Shown: positions 16,328 through 25,933, numbered from the stretch's first letter. The stretch: 64,000 nt of DNA from an uncultured bacterium (GCA_963732385.1 CAVSZB010000005.1:39742-103741); one strand, 5' to 3'. Notes: generated from the letters alone by a model not told the origin. Translations and numbers: made by a program.

Positions 16328-18028
16328 ATGACCGCCGAGGAGCTCGCGAGGCTGATCGAGGCCGGCGAAACGCTTGCGATCGAGTTCAAGGGCGAGGAGC
16401 GTGAGGGCCTCTCGGATGCCGAACTGGTGGAGACGGTTGTCTGCCTCGCCAACAGGCCGGGTGGTGCCGATGCAGCATGGTTGCTCGTCGGCGTCGAGGA
16501 CGACGGCCGCGTGACGGGCGCGCGCCGGCGACATGCCGACCGCACCGATCCCAATAGGCTGCAGGCACTTGTGGCGAACCGGACGAGGCCGGCGCTGTCG
16601 GTGCGAGTTGACGTGATCGATATCGAGGGCAAGCAAGTCGTTGTCATCGACGTGCCTTTCGCCCGCTCGCCGGTCGGGACGACGGATGGCAAGTACGTGC
16701 GCCGGGCGCTGGGCGGCGACGGTCGACCGGCATGCGTGCCCATGCACTTTCACGAGATGCAATCGCACCAGGCCGATCGCGGCCTGCTCGATCATTCCGC
16801 GCTCGCGCTGCCGGACGCTCGCTGGCAGGATCTCGACCCGCTCGAATTCGAGCGTTTTCGCCGCTTCGTGCGCGAGAGTCAGGGCCGAGGCGATGCGAGC
16901 CTCGTGGAGTTGGCGGATATCGAGCTTGCCAAGGCGCTGGGCGCCGTGCAGGCCAACCATGACGTGTCTGCCGTGCACGTGCTTGGCCTGCTGCTCTTCG
17001 GCCGCGAAGAGGCGCTGCGCCGGCTGCTGCCGACTCATGAGGTCGCCTTCCAGGTTCTGTCGGGCCAGAAGGTGGAGGTCAACGACTTCTTCCGCTGGCC
17101 GCTGCTGCGTGTCGTGGATGAGCTGCTGGCGCGATTCCGGGCTCGCAATCGGGAGGAAGAACTGCTGGTCGGCATGCTGCGGATCGCCGTGCCCGATTAC
17201 GCCCCCGCTGCCTTTCGGGAGGGGGCTGCGAACGCCCTGATCCACCGCGACTACACTCGGCTCGGCGCCGTGCATGTGCAGTGGCGCGAGGACAGCATCG
17301 AGATCGCCAATCCCGGAGGCTTCCCGGAGGGGGTCCGCCTCGACAATCTGCTGGTCACCCAGCCGCGGCCCCGCAATCCCCTCCTGGCCGATGCGTTCAA
17401 GCGCGCCGGCATCGTCGAGCGCACCGCTCGTGGCATCGACACCATCTTCCACGAGCAGCTTCGCAACGGCCGTCCGGCGCCGAACTACGGGCGCAGCAAC
17501 GAGAGCGGGGTCGTGCTTGTCCTGCCGGGTGGCAAGGCCAATCTGGCCTTCGCGCGTCTCGTCGCCGAAGAGAGCCAGGCCGCCCGCCCCCTGTCCTTGG
17601 ATGACCTGTTGCTCCTCAACCACCTCTGGCTGGAGCGCCGCCTGAGTACGACCGAGTCCGCAGTGCTGATACAGAAACCCGAGGCGGAGGCGCGGACCCG
17701 CCTTCAGCGCCTGGTCGAAGCGGGACTCGTCGAAGCGCGCGGCGAGCGCAAGGGCCGGACCTGGCACCTCTCGGCTCCCGCCTACCGGCGCCTTGGGGAG
17801 CCTGGCGCCTACGTCCGCCAGCGCGGATTCGAACCGCTCCAGCAGGAGCAGATGGTGCAGCAATTCGTGGAAAAGCACGGTTCCATCAGCCGCGCCCAGG
17901 TGGCCGAGCTTTGCCGGCTCACCCCTCCGCAGGCCTATCGATTGCTCCAACGGCTTGCAAAGAAAGAACTTCTGTCTCGGCTGGGCTCTCGGGGGCGGGC
18001 CGTCCGCTACGGGCTGAAGGCACGATGA
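16328..18028 (+). CDS. AlbA_2 (Schlafen-like divergent AAA) + HATPase_c_4 + wHTH protein (often annotated as a transcriptional regulator or RecG-like)
   Basis: N-terminal ETLAIEFK...LANRPGGADAAWLLVGVEDDGRVTG (AlbA_2), central ANALIHRDY (HATPase_c_4), and a C-terminal winged-helix region. Confidence 0.7.
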   Translation: MTAEELARLIEAGETLAIEFKGEEREGLSDAELVETVVCLANRPGGADAAWLLVGVEDDGRVTGARRRHADRTDPNRLQALVANRTRPALSVRVDVIDIEGKQVVVIDVPFARSPVGTTDGKYVRRALGGDGRPACVPMHFHEMQSHQADRGLLDHSALALPDARWQDLDPLEFERFRRFVRESQGRGDASLVELADIELAKALGAVQANHDVSAVHVLGLLLFGREEALRRLLPTHEVAFQVLSGQKVEVNDFFRWPLLRVVDELLARFRARNREEELLVGMLRIAVPDYAPAAFREGAANALIHRDYTRLGAVHVQWREDSIEIANPGGFPEGVRLDNLLVTQPRPRNPLLADAFKRAGIVERTARGIDTIFHEQLRNGRPAPNYGRSNESGVVLVLPGGKANLAFARLVAEESQAARPLSLDDLLLLNHLWLERRLSTTESAVLIQKPEAEARTRLQRLVEAGLVEARGERKGRTWHLSAPAYRRLGEPGAYVRQRGFEPLQQEQMVQQFVEKHGSISRAQVAELCRLTPPQAYRLLQRLAKKELLSRLGSRGRAVRYGLKAR

Positions 18029-18145
18029 AAACACACATCGTGGCACAGAAACGCACGCGTGCATTGAAAACGCACGAAGTCGACAATGCGGCGCAATGGG
18101 CGAGCGCGCATTTGGACGCACCTCCTCGCCCAAAGGAGAATCGCC

Positions 18146-18829
18146 ATGCGATCCCTGTCATTCCTGATTCTGCTGGCGTGCATCGTGACAGCCCCGACTC
18201 TGGCTTCGAGCGCCGGGACCATCACCGTCATGGGCGACGCGTCGACGGTGGTCGGCGCGGACCGCGTCATCTGGAAGCTGTCGGTGACGACGAAGGACAC
18301 GAAGCTGGAGCAGGCGACGGCGCAGGCTGATGGGCTGCTGTCCCAGGCGGTGACTATCGGGGAGTCGCTTGGGCTGGCGAAGGAGCAGATGCGGATCGGG
18401 CGGGTGACGATGGCCATGCGGTACGAGGCGAAGGGTGGGGAGTATTCGCGGAAGTTCAGCCACTATGAGATCTCGCAGCAGCTCAAGTTCATCGAGGAGG
18501 ATGTGGCGCGGTACGATGAGTTTCGGGAGGTGCTCCTGGGAGTGCCGGGGTTGCAGGTGAATCAAGAGTTCGAGGCGAGCGGGGCGGAGTCGGCGAAGAA
18601 CGACATGATGATCGAGGCACTGCGGTCGGCCAGACGGAAGGCGGAGGCGCTGGCGGCGGTCGTGGGAGCCAAGGTCGGGCGGGCGATTTCGATCAGCGAG
18701 TTCAAGCCCAATCCGACGGATCGCGACATCGACACCGTGGCCTTTCTGCGCGGAGTGCCGTTCCGCGGCCCCGAGCCGGACGGGATCGAGATCCGGGGAC
18801 GGATCTACGCCGTGTTCGAACTCGAGTAG
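18146..18829 (+). CDS. SIMPL/DUF541 (BP26/Omp28-like) periplasmic protein, full length with signal peptide
   Basis: Signal peptide MRSLSFLILLACIVTAPTLASSAG (ATG at 18146; the ORF frame is open from 18086). The 3' ~450 bp duplicate 15782-16258. Confidence 0.7.
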   Translation: MRSLSFLILLACIVTAPTLASSAGTITVMGDASTVVGADRVIWKLSVTTKDTKLEQATAQADGLLSQAVTIGESLGLAKEQMRIGRVTMAMRYEAKGGEYSRKFSHYEISQQLKFIEEDVARYDEFREVLLGVPGLQVNQEFEASGAESAKNDMMIEALRSARRKAEALAAVVGAKVGRAISISEFKPNPTDRDIDTVAFLRGVPFRGPEPDGIEIRGRIYAVFELE

Positions 18830-18838
18830 GCAGCGGGA
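18362..18838. repeat. Direct repeat copy 2 (partner of 15782..16258)
   Basis: See copy 1. Confidence 0.85.
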
Positions 18839-18839
18839 C

Positions 18840-19061
18840 ATGGCACGCAAGGGATTCCATAAGGCGCAGAAGAGCATCGAGGTCTCGGTCGGGGAATCGG
18901 TACGTATCATTCGGGAGTTGCAGGAGCTGAGCCAGAATGAGCTGGCAGAGCTTTCTGGAATTCCGCAGTCGACGATTTCTGCGATCGAGAACGATCGTGT
19001 CAGTCTTGGCAATGATCGACGCCCAGGGCGCGGCCCCCCAACGTGGCTCGCAGCAGGTTGA
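18840..19061 (+). CDS. XRE-family helix-turn-helix protein (short; C-terminus looks atypical or truncated)
   Basis: HTH_3 signature IRELQELSQNELAELSGIPQSTISAIENDR. Confidence 0.55.
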   Translation: MARKGFHKAQKSIEVSVGESVRIIRELQELSQNELAELSGIPQSTISAIENDRVSLGNDRRPGRGPPTWLAAG

Positions 19062-19148
19062 TTCCCTGAGCACTTGAACATCGGCTTTACCCGCACCGCC
19101 AGGAATCGATGAGGCGCTGCCCCAGCCGCTACAGAGACGGGAGGTTCC

Positions 19149-20237
19149 GTGTTGTCCGACCTGTCCGCACTTGAACGGATCGGCTATTCACCGCGCTGGC
19201 AGGCGCTTTTCGCGCCTCATGTCGCGGGGGGGCTGACGGCCGCGCGTGTCATTCGCTGCGATCGTGGGGGCGTGCTGGTCGCGACGGTGGGCGGGATTCT
19301 GCGGGCGAGGCTGTCCACCCGGCTTCAGAAGGCGGCGGGAGGCCCGGCGGATCTGCCGGCGGTGGGCGATTGGGTCGCCGTGCTGGCTCCGGGGGACCTG
19401 GATGCGGCGCTCATCGACGTGGTGCTCGAGCGGGCGAGCGCCATCACGCGCGGGGATCCGGGGAAGACGTCCAACGTCCAGGTGCTGGTCGCGAACATCG
19501 ACATCGTGTTTGTCGTGCAGCCGATCGCCGGGGCGCCGAATCTGCGCCGCATCGAGCGCGAGCTGTCCGTGGCGTGGGAGTCGGGGGCGCTGCCGGTGGT
19601 GGTGCTCACCAAGGCGGACCTGTCGGACGATCCGGAGGGGGCGCGGGCGGCGGTCGAGGCGATCGCGCCGGGGGCGGACGTGCATGCGCTGAATGCGCTG
19701 GCCGGAGAGGGCGTTGAGCCCCTTCTCGCCTATGTCTCGGGGCATCGCACCGCCGTTCTGATCGGGCCGTCGGGCGCGGGGAAGTCGACGCTGGTCAACG
19801 CGCTGCTCGGCGAGCGACGGCAGACCACGCGCGAGGTGCGGCTGAGCGACGGGCGGGGACGCCACGCGACGGTGGCGCGCGAGCTGATCGAGCTGCCGGG
19901 GGGCGGCGTGCTCATCGACACGCCGGGGCTGCGTGAGCTTGGGCTGACCGGGTCGGAGGAAGGGATCGCGGCGGCCTTCCCTGAGATTGAGGCGGCCGCG
20001 CAGGCGTGCCGGTTCCGCGACTGTGCGCACGGTGATGAGCCGGACTGCGCCGTCCGGGCAGCCGTCGAGTCGGGCGCGCTGTCGGCCGAGCGACTGGCGA
20101 GCTACCACAAGCTGGTGCGGGAGGCGCAGCTCGCGGCGGCGAAAACGGACGTACGGCTGCGCTCGGAAGAGAAGCGCAAGTCGAAGGTCTTTGGCCGGGC
20201 GGTCAAAGAGTTCCACAGGCGGGGCGGGCGCGACTAG
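19149..20237 (+). CDS. rsgA: Ribosome small-subunit-dependent GTPase A (RsgA/YjeQ)
   Basis: Motifs GPSGAGKSTLVNALLG, RLSDGRGRHAT and DTPG, plus a C-terminal zinc finger CRFRDCAHGDEPDCAV. Circularly permuted GTPase order. GTG start. Confidence 0.9.
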   Translation: MLSDLSALERIGYSPRWQALFAPHVAGGLTAARVIRCDRGGVLVATVGGILRARLSTRLQKAAGGPADLPAVGDWVAVLAPGDLDAALIDVVLERASAITRGDPGKTSNVQVLVANIDIVFVVQPIAGAPNLRRIERELSVAWESGALPVVVLTKADLSDDPEGARAAVEAIAPGADVHALNALAGEGVEPLLAYVSGHRTAVLIGPSGAGKSTLVNALLGERRQTTREVRLSDGRGRHATVARELIELPGGGVLIDTPGLRELGLTGSEEGIAAAFPEIEAAAQACRFRDCAHGDEPDCAVRAAVESGALSAERLASYHKLVREAQLAAAKTDVRLRSEEKRKSKVFGRAVKEFHRRGGRD

Positions 20238-20283
20238 GTGATCCCCGTGGTCCGCTCCCCCACGCCCGCCCCTGATCCGGCGA

Positions 20284-21075
20284 TCACTCCGGGATCATTC
20301 GGGGCAGCACGCCTCCGGGGCGGCCGAAGTGGGGAACGGTGTCGCCTCCATCCACCGGGTCGGGGCTCACGAAATTTCGTTTCGAAGCTGAGAAGTACAG
20401 GCATCCGGATTCGGCCGGCGGGCGACTCCGCACGAAGGCCTCGGCCTCCTGCAGCGCAGCGATCCAGGTCGCCTTGAGCTGGACGAGGTCGATCGGGACC
20501 GCCAGATCGAGGTGCGCCAGGTCCTCCGGCCGGACCCTGCCCCGTCGTCGGAGCATCTCCAGCAACGAGAGCGGCGCGTAGCCGGGGTCCTTGCCCACGG
20601 CGGCCCACACCAGGGCTCCGAGCGGCAGGACGTTTTCGTGCAGATAGACGGTGTCGAGCAGGTCCCGCGGTTCGTCGCGCCCGGCGAGGGCCAGGACCTT
20701 GTTGGTCGCCAGATCGATCGGGTGGAGCTGGTAACCGAACTCGTCACTGCGCATGACCGGCATGAAACGCCAGGCCGAGTCCTGGGCCCACTCGATTTTC
20801 GTCGCGGTCTCGCCCTGGCAGACGATGGCTCGGATATGGCCCGGCTGGCTGATCTCCGTTTCCACATTGTAGCCGTTCGCCACGAGGGTGCCGTGATCAG
20901 CCGCGAAGGCCGAGGCCACGCGGACGGCGCTGTCGTGGAAGTAGTCGAGGTCGTGGCTGAATCGGTGGGTGTTGGGGGCCACCAGAATGGCCGCCGCACC
21001 GGCGAGATAGCTGTGCTCACTGCGGTTCGTCGCGAGCAGGCGTCCCAGCCGGGCCTGGAAATCAGTCAGCGGCAC
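20284..21075 (-). CDS. AbiEii/DUF1814-like nucleotidyltransferase (type IV toxin-antitoxin toxin-like)
   Basis: N-terminal LAGAAAILV....HRFSHDLDYF resembles the DUF1814 GGTAL...R.S.D.DF motif. It is paired with a small upstream gene. Convergent with rsgA. Confidence 0.5.
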   Translation of the reverse strand: MPLTDFQARLGRLLATNRSEHSYLAGAAAILVAPNTHRFSHDLDYFHDSAVRVASAFAADHGTLVANGYNVETEISQPGHIRAIVCQGETATKIEWAQDSAWRFMPVMRSDEFGYQLHPIDLATNKVLALAGRDEPRDLLDTVYLHENVLPLGALVWAAVGKDPGYAPLSLLEMLRRRGRVRPEDLAHLDLAVPIDLVQLKATWIAALQEAEAFVRSRPPAESGCLYFSASKRNFVSPDPVDGGDTVPHFGRPGGVLPRMIPE

Positions 21076-21333
21076 AGCTGAGCCCCTTTCTCCCAGGCGT
21101 GGCGGCCGCCGTGCCGCATCAGTTGCTCGGCGACCCAGGCCACGTCGGCGGCGCCGATCTCGAGATCAGGCGGACAGGACCAGAAGCAACGGGCGTGATA
21201 GGTGCGATAGGCCCGGCGCGCCTCGCGTACCCGGACCATGGCCCGGGCTTGCGCCGGCGCAAGTTCACGGCGGCTGTTGCGGCCGCCCCGGCTGCCGATC
21301 TGAGCGAGGTACCTGCGGACTGGAGTCTTCATG
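21066..21333 (-). CDS. Small basic protein (~89 aa), putative partner or antitoxin of the AbiEii-like gene
   Basis: Begins MKTPVRRYLAQIGSRGG...; its stop overlaps the downstream gene's start by 10 nt. Local GC is low. An alternative start at 21345 conflicts with the putative -10 box. Confidence 0.4.
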
Positions 21334-21340
21334 GAATATA

Positions 21341-21369
21341 TCATAAGCGGCTTATGATCTAACGTCAAT
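21341..21369 (-). promoter_or_regulatory. Sigma70-like promoter TTGACG-17-TATGAT immediately upstream of the small gene (leaderless transcript predicted)
   Basis: Minus-strand TTGACG at 21369-21364, a 17-nt spacer, TATGAT at 21346-21341, then the ATG 7 nt downstream (21333). It sits in the only AT-rich patch of the region. Confidence 0.35.
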
Positions 21370-21548
21370 GTATGAATATTGTTATATGAATAGTATAGCT
21401 CATTTTCAGAATCCGCTCGCCCCCGTGCGTCGAGGGGGCCACCAGCCCGCGATTCACAGCGGATGGATCGCACAAAGCGTCTGGCGCTGGTCGATTCGGG
21501 GCGGAAGGCGTTAGACTCAGGGAACAACTCTCGCACCGGGAGGAAGCG

Positions 21549-22190
21549 ATGCAGGCCAGTGAGCATGAGGCGATGTGCCAGGCGGTGGTGGACGGGGACG
21601 CGGGGCGGGCCCGGGCGCTTGCGCTGGGGATCGTGGAGGCGCGGGGGGATCTCTTGGCGGCGGTGGAGCACGGTTTCGCCGCCGGGATCCGTCGGGTCGG
21701 GGAGCTCTGGGAGGAGGGCGAGTACTTCCTGCCGGAGCTGGTGCAGGGGGCGGAGGCGATGAAGGCGGCCATGGAGATCCTTAATCCGGCGTTGGTGGCG
21801 GGGCGCGGAGCGGCGCCGGCGCGGGCCGGGGTGGTCATTGGGACGGTGCGGGGGGATCTTCACGATATTGGGAAGGGGCTGGTTGCCACGCTTTTGTCGG
21901 CGCATGGGTTCGAGGTTTACGATCTGGGGAGCGATGTGCCGATCGAGGCGTTCGTGGCGCGGGCCGGGGAGACGGGGGCCAGGATCGTGGCCGCTTCGGC
22001 GCTGTTGACGACGACGATGACGGCGCAGCGGGATCTCGTGCGCGCGATCGCGGAGGCGGGGCTGGCGCCCCGGGTGCGGGTGCTGGTGGGGGGAGCGCCG
22101 ACTTCGGCGGCGTGGGCGGCGGAGATCGGGGCGGCGCATGCGGAGAATGCGCTGCGGGCGGTGGCGGTGGCGGAGGGGTTGGTCGCGTGA
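21549..22190 (+). CDS. Cobalamin-binding corrinoid protein (B12-binding_2 + B12-binding domains)
   Basis: DxHxxG motif (GDLHDIGKGLV) and a Rossmann-like C-terminus; similar to MtbC/MtgC-type corrinoid proteins. Confidence 0.8.
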   Translation: MQASEHEAMCQAVVDGDAGRARALALGIVEARGDLLAAVEHGFAAGIRRVGELWEEGEYFLPELVQGAEAMKAAMEILNPALVAGRGAAPARAGVVIGTVRGDLHDIGKGLVATLLSAHGFEVYDLGSDVPIEAFVARAGETGARIVAASALLTTTMTAQRDLVRAIAEAGLAPRVRVLVGGAPTSAAWAAEIGAAHAENALRAVAVAEGLVA

Positions 22191-23107
22191 GTGGCCGGGC
22201 GGGGCGGAGCGGACTGGGCGACCGTCTGCGGGCGGGGCCGGTGCTGCTGCTCGATGGGGGGCTCGGGTCGTCGTTGATCGAGCGGGGGTTGACGGCCGGG
22301 ATGGCCCCCGATGCCTGGAACCTCGAGCGGCCGGACGATGTCGCGGCGGTGCATCGCTCCTTCGTCGAGGCGGGGAGCGAGGCGATCCACTCGAATACCT
22401 TCGGCGGCAACCGGATCAGGCTGGCGCGCGCCGGGCTGGCCGGGCGGCTGGCGGAGGTCAACGCGGCGGCGGTGGCGCTGGCGCGCGGGGCGGGCGCGGC
22501 GTTCGTGATCGGCGACCTCGGCCCCACCGGGGAGTATCTGCCCCCGGTCGGCGCCGGGGATCCCGAGGCCTGGGCCGCGTCCTCCCTGGAGCAGGCGAAA
22601 GCGCTCGTCGCTGCCGGGGTGGACGGCATCCATCTCGAGACGATGAGCGATCTGCGCGAGGCGCGGATCGGCATCGCCGCGGTGCGCTCACTCTCGACCG
22701 ACCTCCCGCTCCTGGCCTCGCTCACCTTCGAACGCAAGAAGCGGGGGTTCTTCACGGTCATGGGCGACCGGCTCGTTCCCGCCCTGCAGGCGCTGCGTGA
22801 AGCCGGGGCCGACGTGGTCGGGGCCAACTGCACGCTCGGCAGCGACGATTTCCAGGCGCTGGCGGCGGAGGCGCTCTCGGCCGGGTTGCCGATCGTCCTC
22901 CAGCCGAACGCCGGGCAGCCCGAGGTGGTGGCGGGGCGCGTGGTCTACCGGCAGGCGCCCGAGGCGTTCGCCGACGACCTGGCCGCGGTCCTGTCCCTGC
23001 CCGCGGACGGCGGCGGGCGGATCGCGGCGGTGGGCGGTTGCTGCGGCTGCGACGCCCGTTTCATCGCGGCGCTGCGTGGCCGGATTTCCGGGGCGCCGCC
23101 TCCATGA
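22187..23107 (+). CDS. Homocysteine S-methyltransferase-domain protein (Pfam S-methyl_trans; MetH N-terminal-module-like)
   Basis: GTG start overlaps the upstream stop. Motifs LLLDGGLGSSLIERGL, IHSNTFGGN and a Cys-rich GGCCGC near the C-terminus. Confidence 0.7.
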   Translation: MSGRAGRSGLGDRLRAGPVLLLDGGLGSSLIERGLTAGMAPDAWNLERPDDVAAVHRSFVEAGSEAIHSNTFGGNRIRLARAGLAGRLAEVNAAAVALARGAGAAFVIGDLGPTGEYLPPVGAGDPEAWAASSLEQAKALVAAGVDGIHLETMSDLREARIGIAAVRSLSTDLPLLASLTFERKKRGFFTVMGDRLVPALQALREAGADVVGANCTLGSDDFQALAAEALSAGLPIVLQPNAGQPEVVAGRVVYRQAPEAFADDLAAVLSLPADGGGRIAAVGGCCGCDARFIAALRGRISGAPPP

Positions 23108-23775
23108 TCGACGCCCTGTCCATCGAGACCCCGCTGGCGGAGGTGCATCGCCTGCTGGGATACCCCGCGGGACGCGTCGTGCCGGAGCGCGTGCGGTCGC
23201 GGCTGGAGGCGCTCCTGGCGGAGAGCCGGAGCCTGATCGAGGCGCGCGGGGCCCACGCGCGGTTTCCCGTGGCCGAGGCCGACGCCGTGCAGCTGACCCG
23301 GCCGGGGCCCGCGAGCGCTTTGGGGGAATTTGCGCTCGGGCTGGTCACGATCGGCCCGGGGGTCGAGACGCGCGCCGCCGCCATGCTGCGCGCGGGCGAC
23401 ACGAGCGGCGCCCTGTTGCTCGACGCGATCGGATCGGCGGCGGCCGAGGCGGCGGCCGATGCGCTCGGCAGCCTCATCGCGGGCGGGACGGCGGCCGGCG
23501 GTGTCGGGGAGCTGGCGCTTTCCCCCTGCCGCGTCAGTCCCGGCTACGGGGACTGGCCGCTGTTTGCGCAGGAGGCGATCTTCGCGCGTCTCCCCCACGA
23601 GGAACTCGGCGTGCGGCTCCTCCCCTCGCTGCTCATGACGCCACGCAAATCGATCACCTTCGCCCTCTGGTTCGACGCCGCCGGACACGCCCTCGGCGAC
23701 CTGCGCGGCTGCTCGTGCTGCCCGCTGGATCACTGTCCGCGGCAGGATGCACGGCAGAGAGGAAAACCGGCATGA
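23104..23775 (+). CDS. MetH activation-domain-like protein (vitamin-B12-dependent methionine synthase activation region family), low confidence
   Basis: ATGA overlap with the upstream gene. C-terminal CSCCPLDHC. Assigned mainly from position in the corrinoid cluster and size. Confidence 0.4.
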   Translation: MIDALSIETPLAEVHRLLGYPAGRVVPERVRSRLEALLAESRSLIEARGAHARFPVAEADAVQLTRPGPASALGEFALGLVTIGPGVETRAAAMLRAGDTSGALLLDAIGSAAAEAAADALGSLIAGGTAAGGVGELALSPCRVSPGYGDWPLFAQEAIFARLPHEELGVRLLPSLLMTPRKSITFALWFDAAGHALGDLRGCSCCPLDHCPRQDARQRGKPA

Positions 23776-25239
23776 ACTCCGCGTATCGTCCCCTCGTCCG
23801 CGTTCTCGATCCTGAGGAGCCGTCGCGCATCGTCGACGAGGCGATCGCCGTGCTCGAGATCATCGGCGTGCGCGTCGACAGCGAGGCCGGGCGGACCCTG
23901 CTCCTGGACGCCGGGGCTACGGCCGACGGCGACCGGGTGCTGATTCCCGAAACGCTGGTACGGCAGGCGCTGGCCACGGTCCCGCACGCGATCCATCTGT
24001 TCGACCGCGACGGGCGCGAGGCCGCCGATCTGTCCGGGGACCGGGTGCATTTCGACCCGGGCTCGGCGGCGATCCAGGTGCTCGACCCGCGCACCGGGCA
24101 GCGACGCGCAGCCGTCACCGCCGACGTCGTGGACCTGGTGCGTCTCGTCGACGGCCTCCCCCACTACGCGATCCAGTCGACGGCCCTCCTCGCCGCCGAC
24201 GTCCCCGCGGAGGTGGCCGACCGCTACCGGCTCTACCTGGCCCTGCGGCAACGGCCGCAAGCCGATCGTGACCGGCACCTTCCGGACCGACGGCTTCGCG
24301 CCGATGCGCGACCTGCTCGTGGCGGCGCGGGGCGGCGCGTCCGCGCTGGCCGAGCGTCCGCTGGCCATCTTCGACTGCTGCCCGAGCCCGCCTCTGGCCT
24401 GGAGCGATCTCACCTGCCAGGCGCTGCTCGACTGCGCGCGCGCGGGGATCCCGGCCAACCTGATCTCGATGCCGCTGGCCGGCGCCACCGCGCCGGTGAC
24501 GCTGCGCGAGTCGGTGGTGCAGCATGCGGCCGAGAGCCTCTCGGGGATCGTCCTCCACCAGCTGGCGGCGCCCGGCGCGCCGATCTCGTGGGGCGGCGCA
24601 CCGGCGGCGTTCGACATGCGCCACGGGACGACCCCCATGGGGTCGATGGAGACGATGCTCCTGAACCTCGCCAACGCCCAGGTCGGCAAGCACCTCGGCC
24701 TGCCGGTCCACGGGTACCTCGCCCTCTCCGACGCCAAGACTCCCGACTACCAGGCCGGCATGGAGACCGGCATGGGAGCGGTGCTGGCCGCGCTGGCCGG
24801 AATCAACCTCGTCTCGGGACCGGGAATCCTCGACTACATCCTCACCCAGTCGCCCGAGAAGCTCGTGCTCGACCATGAGGCCTGCGGGATGGCGCTGCGG
24901 CTGGTGCGCGGCGTGGCGACGAACCCGGTCGACATGCTCGCCCTCTTCGCCGACCTGGTGCGGACCGGAGAGTTCCTCTCGCATCCGCACACGCGGGCCA
25001 ACTGGAAGTCGGAACTGACCGTGCCCTCGGCCGTGATCGACCGCGACACCTGGGCCGACTGGGAAGCGAAAGGGACCCTCGACGCGGCCGCGCGGGCGCG
25101 GGCGGAAGTGGCGCGCCGACTCGCGCAAGCGCCGGACTCTGCCGCGCCGGATCCGCTCGCGGCAGAGCTCGACCGCATCATGCTGGCGGAGCTCTCCCGC
25201 CATGGGATGACGCGGTTGCCGGGGATGGGGCGGGGTTAG
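23772..25239 (+). pseudogene. MttB-superfamily (non-pyrrolysine) quaternary-amine:corrinoid methyltransferase with an apparent 1-nt frameshift near 24240-24250
   Basis: The N-terminal part MNSAYRPLVRVLDPEE... (frame of 23772) and the C-terminal part ...RKPIVTGTF...HGYLALSDAKTPDYQAG... (frame of 24268) are colinear with MttB. Leu sits at the Pyl position, and there is no in-frame TAG. Confidence 0.65.
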
Positions 25240-25339
25240 CGCGGCGGCGGACGATCGCGGCAAGGCAGGACGACATCCACTACGTTCGCGGCGGCCGCGC
25301 CGGCGGCGGCGGGCGTCAAGACCCCGTGAGCGGAGCGCC

Positions 25340-25933
25340 ATGGCCGGCCTGAAACCTCGCTTCTTCCCCACCCCCGCCGCCTTCCGGGCGTGGCTCGAAT
25401 CGCATCACGCCTCGACCGGCGAGCTGCTGGTCGGCTTCTACAAGAAGGGCTCGGGCAAGCCGAGCATCACCTGGCCGGAGTCGGTCGACGAGGCGCTCTG
25501 CTTCGGGTGGATCGACGGGATCCGGCGGAGCATCGACGAGGTCAGCTACTCGATCCGGTTCACGCCGCGCAGGACCGGGAGCATCTGGAGCAGCGTCAAC
25601 ATCGCGCGGGCCGAGGCGCTCATCGCGCAGGGGCGGATGCGGGCGACGGGGCTGGCAGCCTATGCCGTCAGGAAAGAGAACCGGTCGGGCGTCTACTCCT
25701 ACGATCAGCGCGGCGTGGAGCTGCCTCCCCCCTACGATCGGCTCCTGAAGCGGGACCGGGCGGCGTGGGAGTTCTTCCGGGCGCAGCCGGCCTCGTATCG
25801 CAAGGCGGTCTGCTGGTGGGTGGTCAGCGCGAAACGGGAAGAGACGCGGTTGAAGCGGCTGGAGAAGCTCGCCGAGCATGCGGCCCGGGGGGAGCGGCTG
25901 CCGGCGATGGCGCCGCGAAAACCTGCTCGCTAG
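25340..25933 (+). CDS. YdeI/OmpD-associated (bacteriocin-protection) family protein
   Basis: Motifs EALCFGWIDGIRRSIDEVSYSIRFTPRRTGSIWS and a GRM motif typical of PF13376. Confidence 0.55.
   Translation: MAGLKPRFFPTPAAFRAWLESHHASTGELLVGFYKKGSGKPSITWPESVDEALCFGWIDGIRRSIDEVSYSIRFTPRRTGSIWSSVNIARAEALIAQGRMRATGLAAYAVRKENRSGVYSYDQRGVELPPPYDRLLKRDRAAWEFFRAQPASYRKAVCWWVVSAKREETRLKRLEKLAEHAARGERLPAMAPRKPAR

Noticed and set aside
23772-25239. In-frame amber (pyrrolysine) codon in the MttB homolog
   Set aside because: Both frames are free of TAG across the junction and the Pyl position is occupied by Leu. The discontinuity is a frame shift, not read-through.
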